From: Paraspadella gotoi | Lineage: Eukaryota; Animalia; Chaetognatha | Reading direction: 5' to 3' | Assembly (NCBI GenBank): GCA_051294375.1 | Contig: CM119267.1 | Location: 3,840,759-3,904,744 of the forward strand | Length of the DNA: 63,986 bases | Shown: one piece after another, positions 48,011 through 60,360 of the stretch | Position numbering within the stretch: the first letter of the stretch is position 1 | Layout of the letters: every line of letters starts with the position of its first letter | Translations under genes and position numbers: made by a program | The notes under the pieces: generated by a model | The model's database searches: none | Seen by the model: only the letters and a program-made list of their open reading frames with translations | What the model was told of the DNA's origin: nothing

Positions 48011-50312
48011 AAACACTAACTCCTTCACAAACAAAACATAGTTATTGCTAATTTTGCCATCAAAGGAATTCCCTTAAATCTACGCTAATAACCAACAGTA
48101 AACTTAAATAAAAACCTACCACCCCCCCAAAAAAAAAGAGGGGCAAAAATATTCAACTGCCCCTCTCCCCCCCCCTCTTTGCCACCTCAATGTTCTCACC
48201 CCCCTCCCTTCTTTTTCTTCTGCTCAAGATCATAAACGTTGTTGACGCCTCTCGTCGGCAGAGGGAGCGACCAGCGTAAGAGAAAGATAAACAAACAAAC
48301 TTTTTTTCCCCTCATTCGCCGTAGACTTGAATGAAATAACGGGGCAGTCCGTTGAGAGTCGAGCAAAGAGCAAGCTCGTGACGATCAAGCACAAAGGCCT
48401 CTAGTAATTCTTTTGAAAAGGAAGCAAATGGCAGGAAAGAATAATTCGTGAAGGAGACGAGCAATCACATCACTAGGCCGTTGATGGTATGCAAAAAGAA
48501 AAAAAAAATTAAACGGCAACTCTTCCTAAAATTTTTACCGTCCAGCCCATAGTTACCCAAAATAAAACCGGACACTCATCGAGAAATCAAGGGTAAGCAC
48601 TGCTTACTAAGCAGCCTCTAAGACCAAGCAACGATTACTTCGCTGTGTCCGCGACCAAGCAGCGTTTTTCTTTGAGTCTCTTCTTCCCCCCCCCCCGGGT
48701 CTGATGTGTTTTGTCCGACGGGAAAAACAAAAGGCCCACGGAGGAGAATCGCCTTCGGGAGAAAAAACCGCGAGAGGGCGAAACTCGTCGCCCAGAATCT
48801 GAAAGTTTCTTTTAAGAAGATTGGGTAGCGAGCGAAGGGACCGTTTGTCTATTTGGAATGAAAACCCTAACGCTTTTTTTTTTGTTCGTTATAAACTGTA
48901 TAAATTATAATCCCGATTTGAGAAGAAAATATTAATTTTTAGTGATAAAATTTAATTATGAGCCAAAACTGTTTTTCTTTTCCTGAAGAATAACCTAGAT
49001 TCTGTTTTAACTCACTTATTCTCGATCTTCATTGGTCAATGGTCACTCAAAAAATTCCAAATATTCCTCTAACGCTTTTTTACGATATTTGAACCTTACC
49101 CCCCCAGTTAAAAATCCCACCATTACCTAAAGATCCCCCACACAGCATCGAAACCTCACCTCTCCTCCATTAACTAGGTATCAATCTTTATAAGGAGCTA
49201 TGTTCACTTTTCACAAAATAAAAAAAAAAAAAACTAAATAAAGATAAAAAACAATATGTTCAGATGGATTCTCGCTTGTTATTTTTTTCCTTTCTTATCT
49301 CGGAGAGGAGAGAGAGAGAGAAGAGCCGAGAGAGCGAGAGCACTGAGAGATGGAGAGAGAGAGGAAGAGAGCATAAAAAAAAGAGTTATTTGCAGCCATT
49401 TTTAGGGAACTATCAAGATAACTCCGTGTCTTAGCTCCGTCTGTTAAAGCGAGGATTTTATTATTTTCTTGCTGGCAGCGGTGATTGTAACGTGGAAGAG
49501 AGAGAGAAGAGACGAGAGAGAGGAGAGAAGGACAAAGCGATGAGAAGAGAGCAGAGAGACGCGAGAGAGATGACGAAAGAGAGGAAGAATCGAGAGAGAG
49601 CACCGAGAGAGAACCAGTGTATACGATTGAATTCGCGGTTCTAAAGAGTTTTCTCTTTCGTCTAGTAATATAAAAGAGTTGAGGAGATGTAAAAACCAGG
49701 TCCTTGGCTCTTGCGCCTTAGCTTTCCTCGGCGTTTTTTTCACCCCGTACTCGATGCCCACTCGGAAAAGAGAAAGGAGGGAGTATGGGGAGATGGTCTA
49801 GGCGGGCGGAGAAGGGGTTAATGGAACAGTGGGGGTAGTGGACGGGGGATGGAAGGACGACAGGTGAGGTTTCGATGCTGGTGTGGGGAATCTTTAAAGG
49901 TAATGGTGGGGAGTTTTTACTGTGGGGGCGGGAGGTACAGGGCAATTCAAGTATGTAAAAAAAAGCTTCATAGGAAAGTATTTTGTAAGGTGTCAAAGTA
50001 AGCGTAAAAAAGCTTTAGAGAAATATTTTGAACTTTTTTCAGAAGGTCGACCAGTTATGAGACCAATCAGAAGATCGAGACAGAGGTGAGTTAAAGACAG
50101 ATCTATGGTATATTCTTCAGGAGAAAGAAAAACAGTTTTGCTCATAATTACAATTTTATTAGAGTAAAAAGTTAAGATTTTCTTCTCAAAAATCGGGATT
50201 ATAACTTATAACGTTCTTATTAACGAACCACCAAAATAAAAAAAAAGCGTTAAATTTTCATTTCCAAAATAGACAACGGGTCGCCTTGCGCTCGCTACCC
50301 AAATCTTCTTAA

Positions 50313-51337
50313 GGGGAGGCCAAGTGAACAGGGGAGGTAAAGAAGTTGAAAACATAGATACGTTTGATCCCTCTTAACTTTAAGCTAGGTTCTGATCATA
50401 TAAGTTTTGTTCTTCTATAATCATTTTGGGAAAGTAGTTAAAATAATTCGATACAAATCAGTGAGCTTATTTTCTTTAAGAAAACTCGGTATAGAAGAAA
50501 ATCTTTTTTCAAAGTTTAAAAAAAAAAAAATTTTTTTTTCTGCCAAATAGAAGTACAGATTCTAATTTTAAAAAGATTTTCAGCTTTATTACAAAAATTT
50601 ATAGATAAAAAAACTAGGAATAAATCAAATTTAACCTGGGTATCGACTGATTTTTTTAAACCTTTCTTTTTTAAATGGATTCTGTTAACGTTGGCATTGA
50701 AATTAAAAACGTCTTCTGACATGAAGTTAATTAACTAATATAAAAAGAAGAGGCAAAGAGTTCATGATACTTTGGCTAAACATTGTTTAATTGTTATAAT
50801 TAAGGAAATTCAATTATAGTGTTGTGAATGTATACATTTAAGATGAGATGAAGTGAATAATTACATTAGTATTTGATTACACGTGTTTGTTTCTGTAAGG
50901 GAAATAGAATTTAGTTGATTTGTCTGACTTTTTAAGTAAATGAGTAGAAAAGTTTAAGACAATTATTTAGTTTGTAAGACCTCTTTGTTCAATGAGGCTG
51001 TAGAACTCTAAAATCATATAGTTTGTACAGTAAAAAAAGTAAAAGCTCTAGGGAATTATAGTAAAAAATACTTTCTAATGGACAAAAAATCAAATACATG
51101 ATGATACTATAGAAGGTATTTAGGTAGGCAAATAAATTTTTTTATTCATAATTATATTAAAATTTTGTAATATTCCGCTACAAATAAGAGGTCAGGAATT
51201 TCTTTTTTGAAGCGCAGCTTTCCCGATTGCAGAGAAAAAATTAGCAACCTGAACTAATCACCATTGCAAATTCTTGATGGATAGACCCTTAAGCTATTGT
51301 CAGTATGATATCATTTTTATCACAATGGGTGCGGCCC
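50313..51337. mobile_element. TTAA-flanked non-autonomous DNA transposon, Kolobok-like (GG...CC termini)
   Basis: TTAA at 50309-50312 and 51338-51341. The homologous inverted arm has a single TTAA (48812-48815) with both flanks joined. The element starts GGGG and ends CCC; TIRs are degenerate or noisy. Confidence 0.65.
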
Positions 51338-54300
51338 TTAAAGATAACTTTCAGAGTATACTGGGCGAGCGGAGTTTCGGCCTCTCAGGCAGGGTTTTTT
51401 TTCCGCGAAGGGAACGGATTCTCGTACGCGTGGGCCTTTTGTTTTTCCCCGTCGGACAAAAGACATGGCAGACGACGGGGCGGAGGGGAAAGGAAGTAGA
51501 CTCGAAGAAGAACGCCCTGGCGTGGTGGGGAGGCTCGGAGGCACAGCAGTGAAAGTAATCGTTGGCTGGGTCTTCGGAGGTGGCGCTTCAAGTAGAAGGT
51601 GCTTACCCGTGATTGGGCTCGTATGAGGGTTGTCCCGAGTTTATATTGGTCCTGGATGGGGCTGGGACGTCTAAAAATTTTGGGTAAGAGTGACGCGTTT
51701 TTAATTTTTTTTTTTCATTTTTGATACCATCAACGAAATGAGGATGTGTTCTTGTCTACCTTCACGAATTGTTCTTTCCATGCCGATTTAGCTTCCTTTT
51801 GCTAAAGAGGAGGATTACTAGAAGCCGTTTGTGGGTTGATGTCACGCTTGGTCTTGTGCTGAATCTCGGACGGGCGACTGGCCGCCCTTGATTTGCATTG
51901 GTCAAAGTCTGGCGCGAGGAATGAGGGGGAAGAAAAAGTTTGGTTTGGTTTATGCTTTCTCTTGACGGCTGGTCGCTCGCCCTTGCCGACGGAGAGGCGT
52001 CAACAACGGTTTATGATCTTGGAGCAGAAGAAAGAAGAAAGGGTAGAGGGGGGTGGGAGAATTGAGGAGTGGCAATGGAGGGGGGGGAGAGGGGCAGTTG
52101 AATATTGTTTCGCCCCTCTTTATGTGGGGGGGGCCGTGGTTTAGGTTGTTTATTTAGAGTTTACTGTTTGGTTTATTAAGCGTAGATTTAAGGGATTCCT
52201 GTTTGAGTGGGCATAGTTGAGCGGTGAACTATGTTTTGTTTTGTGGAAGGACGTTTAGGTGTCTTTTTTAGGATGGAGGGTTGGACGGAATTATTGGCCT
52301 TGCGGGTGGGAGGGGGAGGAGGGCCGCCAACGGGAGAGGAGAGGAGGAGAGGAGGCGAGAAAGACGCGGTGGGCGAAGGCGGAGAAAAGGGAAAGGTGAG
52401 GATGCGCGTTGCTGCTTTGCCTGGGTTTATTGCTTAAAGTGGCGATACGGAGGGGTGGGCGGTTTCTGAGGGTGAGTTGAGAGCGGGACGGGGTTGAGCT
52501 GTACTCTACTTTCTTCTTTTAGTAAGGTGGTTTATATCGGAGGTGTACGTTCTTTCCAAGTGGGGGAGAAGGGCAGAGGCGGTGCGAGAGAGGTGGCATT
52601 TAAGTTCGTCGGTTTTTCAGGTTGAGTTTTAGGGGGTTATTGGCGGCGTGTCTCGGGAGAGGGGGCAAGGGAGTGATGGGCGGCTATTTGCTATTCCGCG
52701 TGTCTGGGGCACCGAATTGCATTGTTTTCTTCGGAAATTTCTGCAGTGCTGCTCTTCTCTTGTCTCTCGTGTGTGGGGTGTGTGTTCTCGTGCTCTCTCT
52801 TCTCTCTCTCTCTCTCTCTCGCTCTCGCCGTCTTCGCGGTCCGTTGATGCTGAGTTGAGGGCAAAAGTTGCAGTTGTGTGTCGCACGTTCGGGATAAAAA
52901 TCCGGGGGCGAGTTGCGTGTGAAAAGTGCGAGGGGGGAGGAGAGCAGAGCGGTGGGTTGGATCAGGGTGTGGGGAGAGGAGTGGGAGGACCTGCTTCAGT
53001 ATCGGATGTCCTTGGTGTGCGAATTTGATCGTTCTCTAGTTNNNNNNNNNNNNNNNNNNNNNNNNNACCGAGTTTACCGCCTTTACTCTCTGTGGGTAAT
53101 GCAACTCATTTGTTGTTGTTATTTTATTTCGGTTGAGAATTTTCTACTTTATTTTACAGATTTATAGTTTATTATTGTTACTTTTTATTTACGTAAATAA
53201 ATAAAAATTTTATTAAATAATCGTCTTTCAACGCATTTCCTTGCAGCATCAATTTGAAAAAAATTGCGGCATTATTTTAATCGTTGCAGCATTCAACATC
53301 TGCAGCAACAGCAAACCGTCCGAACTCGCTGATCGTTACGATAACGTCGCGCGAAAAAAAAAACTCTTGATTGGGTTTGACTTTTGGGTCAAACTTTTTT
53401 GGTCAACAATTTTTTTAACAGGCGAATGTTTTTCTGAATAAATAAAAAATATTATTGAATGACGTATTCGTTTTCCCGAAAAAAAAAAATCCAAATATAT
53501 TGTAAATCTCTATTTTTTTGGCATAAAAGTGATTATACAATTAAAACAGTTCATAAAAGCTTTATACCACTTTATTGATAGGAAAGCCAGGTACTCTGGG
53601 AGTTAACAAACGAGTCTTGATTGAAAGCTTGCAAGGTCCTGCTATTTTATTATCTTGTAGGAGGAAAGAACGCCTTAAATCACTATAGTCTTTACTCCTG
53701 TACAAAGTCAGGAGCAAGATTGCTTATTTATCGAATGAAGAAATGAAAAACATCATCAAATGATGAGAAACAAGTTATGCGCGTTTTTTAATCCTAAATC
53801 TTTCTCTTGTCCAAACTAATCTCATTGAAATTCTTCGTAATTCACTCTTTAAATCTTACTTCGTGTGGAATCCAATATTAACCCCAAGGGGCAAAGGCTC
53901 GTCGTCGTCGTCGTCGTCGTCGTCGATCCTTAGCCCTAAATTCCGTCGATCGTCAAAGACAAAAAAGCTCGATTCACGACATCATCGCTTGTGATTCGAA
54001 TTTCAAAGTTGATGTCGAACTCATTCACGTGAAATGATCATTGACTCGCGCNNNNNNNNNNNNNNNNNNNNNNNNNAAAGAGGAGAAGAGAGAGAGAGGA
54101 GAGAGAGAGAGAGAGAAAAGAGAGAGAGAGAGAGAGAGACGAGAGAGAGACGAGAGAGAGACGAGAGAGATGACGAGCGTCTCGTTCGATGATAACACGG
54201 GCAATATTGGTTGGATGTTATCGCCTTGATTGACGTCCTCATAAGGGGCTGACGGACCCGTCGGTTTTTGTTTTTTTCTCTTTGCCTTAAAAAGTGTTCG

Positions 54301-55642
54301 CATCTCGTTCGTTCAATGCATCGTAATCGGCGCAATTCAGAAAGTAAATAAGAGTGCCAGTTTGAAGGCAAAAGAGCTTCCATCAGGTAAAGGGGAAGAA
54401 AGTCGTTCCTCTCCTCTCTCTTCTTGTCTCTCTCTCTGGGTCTGCATAAAAAATATAAAAAAACCAAAAAGTTTTGCCGTTTGTGAAAAAAACGCGAGTT
54501 AATGCAGTGTGAGACCTATGACGAGAGGAGTGAAAGGGGGCGAGAGGAAGAGAGAGATATGAGAGAGGAAAGGTGGGCGAGAGGAGCGAGAAGATGAGCA
54601 GGAGGCAAAGGGGAGAGATGAAGAGGGACGGGCAAGGGGACGAGGGGGAGAGAGATGAAGGGAGGAAAAGCAGAGAGAGGGGAAGATGAGAGGGAGGAAA
54701 AGTTGGAGAGTGGGAGAGAGCGGTGTAAGAGATGAGGGAGGCATAAGGGGAGAGTGGAGAGATGGTCGTTAAGATGATGAGAGGGAGGAAAGGGGGGCGA
54801 GATGGCAGAGGAAGGGTCTTTTGTCAAGAGCATGAGAGGAGGAAAGGGGAGAGTGGAGACGAGGGTGTAAGAGATGAGAAGGGAGGAAAGGCGGAGAGAG
54901 TGGAGAGAGCGGTGTAAGAGGGAGGAAAGGGGGGGGCGATAGGAAAAAAAGTTTCGGAGAGAATGCGGTAGAGAGTAAGAGGTTTACAATTGAGAGCGTT
55001 TAGAATTAAAAGTTTAAATTGACTAACGATAACAAAGATAAACAATATAAAATTTAATCAAAGTCAATTCATTCTTAAATTCTTTATTAAATTGGATCAT
55101 TCTACAATAGAAAAAAGAGACAAACACTGCGAGAAAACGCGGACAGATTAAGACAGTGAAACGAACAGGATAAAAATAGACAGATAGAGAGACAGACAGA
55201 CAGAAAGACAGACATTCAAATAAGAAAATCGCTTAAAGACTTCGCGACTTTTCTCATTTCCTTCCGCCATTTTTTTTTAATCGCGACGATTTTTTTTTTA
55301 TTATTTAAATCGAAAGGATTAATGAAAGTTTCAACATTGGAGCCGTTGCTTGCATAATTTGATAAAGAATTAACGAATTAAATACGAGCGACTAAGTTCT
55401 TTTTTTTTTTAAGCTAAAGTCGTTGCAAGTTTGGCCCAGAATTTTTTTAACCCAACAGTTAGAGAGTGAAAAAGAGTTTTACAAGCAGAAAGAGAAAGAG
55501 TAAGACTAAAAAAGAGAAAATACTGAAAATTCCACCAAAAAAAGGGGAAAAAAATCTTGATTCCATTTATCAAATGGAATTTCAAAAGGTCAAAAGTCGA
55601 ATCGACTAGAGAGAGAAAAAAAAAAGAAAGAGTAAAACAAAT

Positions 55643-55825
55643 TAACAAGAACGGAAATTCAAATGTGTTGCGCCGCACTGGATTTTTTAAAAAAAACATA
55701 AGGCGGCGCTAGTAGTCGCATAGATATGAGCATCTTTAACGTAAGAGGGACAGACCGACGGACAGACAGACCGACAGACCGACCGAAGTGACTTATTGAG
55801 TTGCTCCGCGAGTACTCGAAACAGA
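55643..55825 (+). mobile_element. Internally deleted family H1 copy
   Basis: AACAAGAACGGAAATTCAAATGTGTTGCGCCG...GGGACAGACCGACGGACAGAC...GTGACTTATTGAGTTGCTCC matches 4664-5060. Confidence 0.65.
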
Positions 55826-56348
55826 AAACAAAAAATTAGGGATTTTTAAGTCTTTCCAAACATCTTTGGGGTAGTGTGGGGGAGGGGAGGGGCGGTGAGG
55901 AGCGATTGTAGGCCAGGGAGTGGTAGCGGTGCCGGCACGGCTGTGTTTGGATATCCGTTGCAGGGGTCTAGGACGGGGGTGGGGTGGGCGCGTTTGGGGC
56001 GTTGGGGGCTGACTCCCGCAACTTCTGTAGTTTCGAGTCTGACGAACGCTGACGAATGGATGACTCGATCGATCAATTAAGCGGAAGAGATCCAATGGTT
56101 AATGAGCGGAGAGATCCATCAATGAATTGGGCATTAAATGAATTAATGAATCTATGAAGTGAATGAATGAATGAATCGATGTATGAATGAATGAATGAAT
56201 GAATCTATGAAGTGAATGAGTGAATGAAAGAATGAATTGATTAATTAATTAATTAATAAATTCATTTATAAATCTACTGAACATTTAATTGCCCAAGAAT
56301 TAAATTAACATTTTTTTTTATCATTAATACGTCGCCACCCCAATCCAG

Positions 56349-56663
56349 ATATTTTGCGGGTTCCCCTCCTCTTCCTCCCATTCCACGCTCAACGGTCCGC
56401 TCGGGAGTCGCGACGTCACTTCCTGCACTCTCGCCACAGACGCCGGCGACGCCGTCTTCTCTCCCGGCGTCGTCCCGGGCGTCGCTCTGCCCGGCGCCCC
56501 GTTTCCCGTGTCGGGAATGCCGGCCGGCGTCTCCAGCATCCCGTCCGGCATCTCCGGCCTCGTCGCCGACGACGTCTACGCCGGACGCCGGATCCGACGC
56601 GATCTCAGCGCCGACGCCATCGTCATGGCCACGCCCACCGCGACTCTCATCGATTATTCGCAG
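56349..56663 (+). CDS. Internal exon C, probable cytoplasmic low-complexity region
   Basis: Acceptor atccAG, donor CAG|GTGAGA, 315 nt, open in phase 0, strong GCC/GTC/GGC codon bias. Reads IFCGFPSSSSHSTLNGPLGSRDVTSC...GLVADDVYAGRRIRRDLSADAIVMATPTATLIDYSQ. Confidence 0.75.
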
Positions 56664-56864
56664 GTGAGAGAGAAAAGAGGGCTCTGCATTTTTGAGACAC
56701 TTTTGAAATATATTATATTACTAACATTTTATAAGGAATTCTGTGAGGGTTAGTTTTGAACAAAAAAATAAAATTACCTTGTTTGAAAATTGTTGAGTTG
56801 TATCAGACAAAAAAATCTTCGAAAACCACAAAAAGTATAATAATATGGTCATGACGATCTGCAG

Positions 56865-56994
56865 GGCGATGGTCTGCAGCCGAAGCTGACGACTCGAAGT
56901 TCCTCCATCTTGGGTCCGTCGGCGGCGACCATCTTCTCTCATCAGTTGGGCAACAGCATCTTGCTTCAACAGCAACGTCCGTTGCCGCATCCAG
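56865..56994 (+). CDS. Candidate exon D of the same gene
   Basis: ctgcAG acceptor with weak pyrimidine tract; donor CCAG|GTATGA. Phase-0 open frame GDGLQPKLTTRSSSILGPSAATIFSHQLGNSILLQQQRPLPHP; GC-rich. Confidence 0.45.
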
Positions 56995-57159
56995 GTATGA
57001 CGGAAGTAGATTTAAATTCGCTTTCATCCTTAGTTCATTTATTAAATCTTTCGTCGGAGTAATCACGAGCCAGCAAATAAGTCGTCATGAAACATCAGGG
57101 ATCAGTCGTTAATAGACAAAACTTCGATTAAATTTGACAAAATCAGCCAAATCCTTTGC

Positions 57160-57365
57160 TAAATCTGTCGTTAAATCTTCTGTTAAATCTTTCTACAAAT
57201 CTTTTACAAATCATTCGCCAAATCTTTTACAAATCTTCCAAAATCTTACAAATCTTACAAATCTTCTAAAAATCTTACAAATATTACAAATCTTTTAAAA
57301 ATCTTACAAATCTCTTACAAATCTTCCGCGAAATCTTCTGCCAAATTATCCTTCCAAATCTTAAA
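57160..57365. repeat. (AAATCTTAC)-type 9-12-bp degenerate tandem repeat
   Basis: Repeated aaatctt + 2-5 nt. Confidence 0.85.
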
Positions 57366-58459
57366 TTCACGGCGGCGCCTTTCTCTTCTCGCGGACGCAG
57401 AGGCGCGAGTCGTGACAAGATTCTGATCCTCGTCACAACAGAAAAGAAGAAGAAGAAGAAGAAGGAGAAGAAGAAGAAGGAGAAGAAGGAGAAGGAGAAG
57501 GAGAAGGAGAGGAGAAGCAGTGAAAAAAAGGAGAATAAGATTGAGAATGAGATAACCGGACGAAGAAAAAGAAGGTGACGCTGCGATTTCTCGGAAAAGC
57601 TGGGATTTCTCAGAAATACTGGGAGGCGTCGACCGTTTTGGCGGAAAAACAATATTGGAAAGGAAAGAGGGAAGAGGCGGAGAAATCTTTGGTTGTTCCT
57701 TCTTTGGGAAAAGAAAAAGATTTAGGGGAGGAAAGAGAAAAGGGAAGAATGGAGGAAAGGAAAGAATAAGGAAGAAGGGAGGAAAGGAAAGGAAAAAGAA
57801 AGGAACGAGGAAAGGAATGGAAAAAGGATTAAAAAGAAAAAGAAATGAAAAAAAAGGAAATAAGAATTAGAAAAAGTAGGAAGATGGGAAATAAAAAATA
57901 AGTGTAAATGAGAATCTAGGGAAATTTTTTTGTCTGAGTGGAATGATTTTTGCGGGAGGTTTTAATTGCTGGGAAATGCGAAATGATTTATTTAGTCCTT
58001 ACTAGATGCCAGTAAGATTAAAATAAGGCAAGTTAATTCTGGAGATGACATGATTCGTTCTAATAATTAGCACCGATCGTCAGTTATCTCTAACTATATG
58101 GGTACAAAAATCAAAAAATTTTAATATAAAAACAAGTGCAAATTAGAAAAATTAGAAAAAATGTAAAAGCGTGAAATTATAGAAAATAAACAGTGAAATA
58201 AAGATACGAATTAGGCTAATAAAGAAATACTGAAGCTAAAAAAAGGAACCGAAAAAAAAGGGGAAAAAAAAGAAAAAAAGAGCGGAAAAAAAAAAAAAAC
58301 GGGGAAAAAAACAGGGGAAAAGCGAGAAAAGGGGGAATCTTGTTGGTTGGGCTTTGCGGAGTCGTTTCCCGTCGCCGTAAAAACTATTGATTCGAGATGC
58401 AGCCGCCTCCCGATCTCAACAATAGGGCTCTCTCTGTCGCTCGCGCTCTCTCCTCTCTC

Positions 58460-58511
<52 letters not shown>

Positions 58512-58512
58512 A

Positions 58513-58572
<60 letters not shown>

Positions 58573-58734
58573 ACTATTTTGTCTTTGTATTTCTCTAATT
58601 TTCTTATCGTCTCTCCTCTGTCTCATTCTGTCTTCGTATTTCGATTCATGAGCCTTTTTTGTTTTTTCCTTTAAAAAAAAAAGGAAAGAAAAAAAACAGA
58701 ATCGTTCGGGACGATTTTTTTGTTTTCTTTCTGA

Positions 58735-60360
58735 ATGGAGACGATAAAGAGAAAGAAAAGAAGAGGAAGATTAAGAATGAGATTAAGAATGAGTTAAGAA
58801 TGAGACGATAAAAAAGAAAGAAAAAGAAGAGGAGATTAAGAATGAGAATTAATAGAATGAGATTAAGAATGAGACGATTAAAAAAGAAAGAAAAGAAGAG
58901 GAAGATAAGAAATGAGATAAGAATGAGGACGAAACAAGAGAAGAATAAGAGGAATATTAAGAATGAGATTAAGAACAGAATGAGAAGTTAAGAATGAGAG
59001 AATTAAAAGAGAAAGAAGAAAGAAGAGGGAAGATCTAGAAATGAAGATTAAGAATGAGATAAGAATGAGACGATAAAGAGAAAGAAAAGAAGAGGAAGAT
59101 AGAATGAATTAAGAATGAGATAGAAGAATGAGAATAAAGAGAAAGAAAAAAGAGAGGAAGACTAGAATGAGATTAAGAATGAGATTAAGAATGAGACGAT
59201 AAAAAGAGAAAGAAAAGCAAGAGGAGATTAGGAATGAGATTAGAATGAGCATTAAGAATGAGACGATTAAAAGAGAAGAAAAAGCAAGAGGAAAAAGATT
59301 AGAATGAGATTAAGAATTGAGATTAAGAATGAGCACATTAAAAGCAGAAAGAAAAGAAGAGGCAAGATTAAGAATGATATTAAGGAATGCGAGAATTTTA
59401 AGAAATGAGGACGATTAAAAGAGAGAAAGAAAAGAAGAGCAAAGATTAAGACATCGATATTAAGAATGACAGACTTCAAGAATGAGACGACTAACAAAGA
59501 GGAAAAAAAGAAGAGCGGAAGATTAAGAACTGAATAATTAAGCAAATGAGCATTAAGAATGACGATTAATTAACAGCAGGAGACGACAAAGAAAGAGGCA
59601 AGATTAAGAAATGAGATTAAGAATAGGATTAACGAATGAGACGATTAAAACGTTGAAAGAAGGAAGAGGAAGACTAAGAATGAGAATTAAGAATTAGGAC
59701 ATATAACAAGGAAAGAACAAGAAGTAGGAATATTAAGCAATTTGAGCATTAAGAATAGATTAAGCAATGAGACAATAAAAAGAGAAAGAAAAGAACGAGG
59801 GCGAAGGACTAGAATGAGATTTAATGCAATGAAGACGCATAAAAAAAAGATAATGAAAAAAGGAGGTAAAGACTACAAATGAGATTAAGAATGAAGACGA
59901 TCTAAAGAGAAGAAGAAAAAGAAGAGGAAGATTAAGATGATATTAAAGGAATGAGATTTCAGAATGTAGGACGATAAAGGAGAAAGAAAAGAAGAGGAAG
60001 ATTTAAGATGAGATTAAGAATGAGATAAGAATTCGATGATGATTTAAGAGAAAGAAAAAGAAAGCAGGAAGATTCTAAGAATGATATTTTAGAATCGAAG
60101 ATCTAAGCAATGACGACGACATTAATAAGCAGAAAGAAAAAGCAAAAGAAGATTTTAAAAAATGAGGATTAAGAATGCAGATAAGATGAGCGACGATTTA
60201 AAGAGGAAAGAAAAGAAGACGGAACGACTAAGAATGCAGGCATTAAGAATGAACAATAAAAAGAGGGGAAAGAAAAAGAAGGGAAGATTTTAAGAATGAA
60301 GATTTAAGAATCGGGAATTAAGAATGAGACGATAAAAGAGAAAGAAAAGAAGAGGAAAAG
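58735..60360. repeat. Purine-rich ~50-65-bp satellite built from GATTAAGAATGA 12-mers plus GACGATAAAAGAGAAAGAAAAGAAGAGGAA
   Basis: Tandem array of ~1.6 kb with heavy indel noise. Confidence 0.9.

Larger units (their letters stand above)
47640..52742. repeat. Large inverted duplication (47640-~49175 vs ~49815-50312 plus 51338-52742)
   Basis: e.g. AATTTCCGAAGGAAAACGAATTGCAATTCGGTGC (47645) vs GCACCGAATTGCATTGTTTTCTTCGGAAATT (52709); GATTGGGTAGCGAGCG (48819) vs CGCTCGCTACCCAAATC (50289). Confidence 0.85.
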
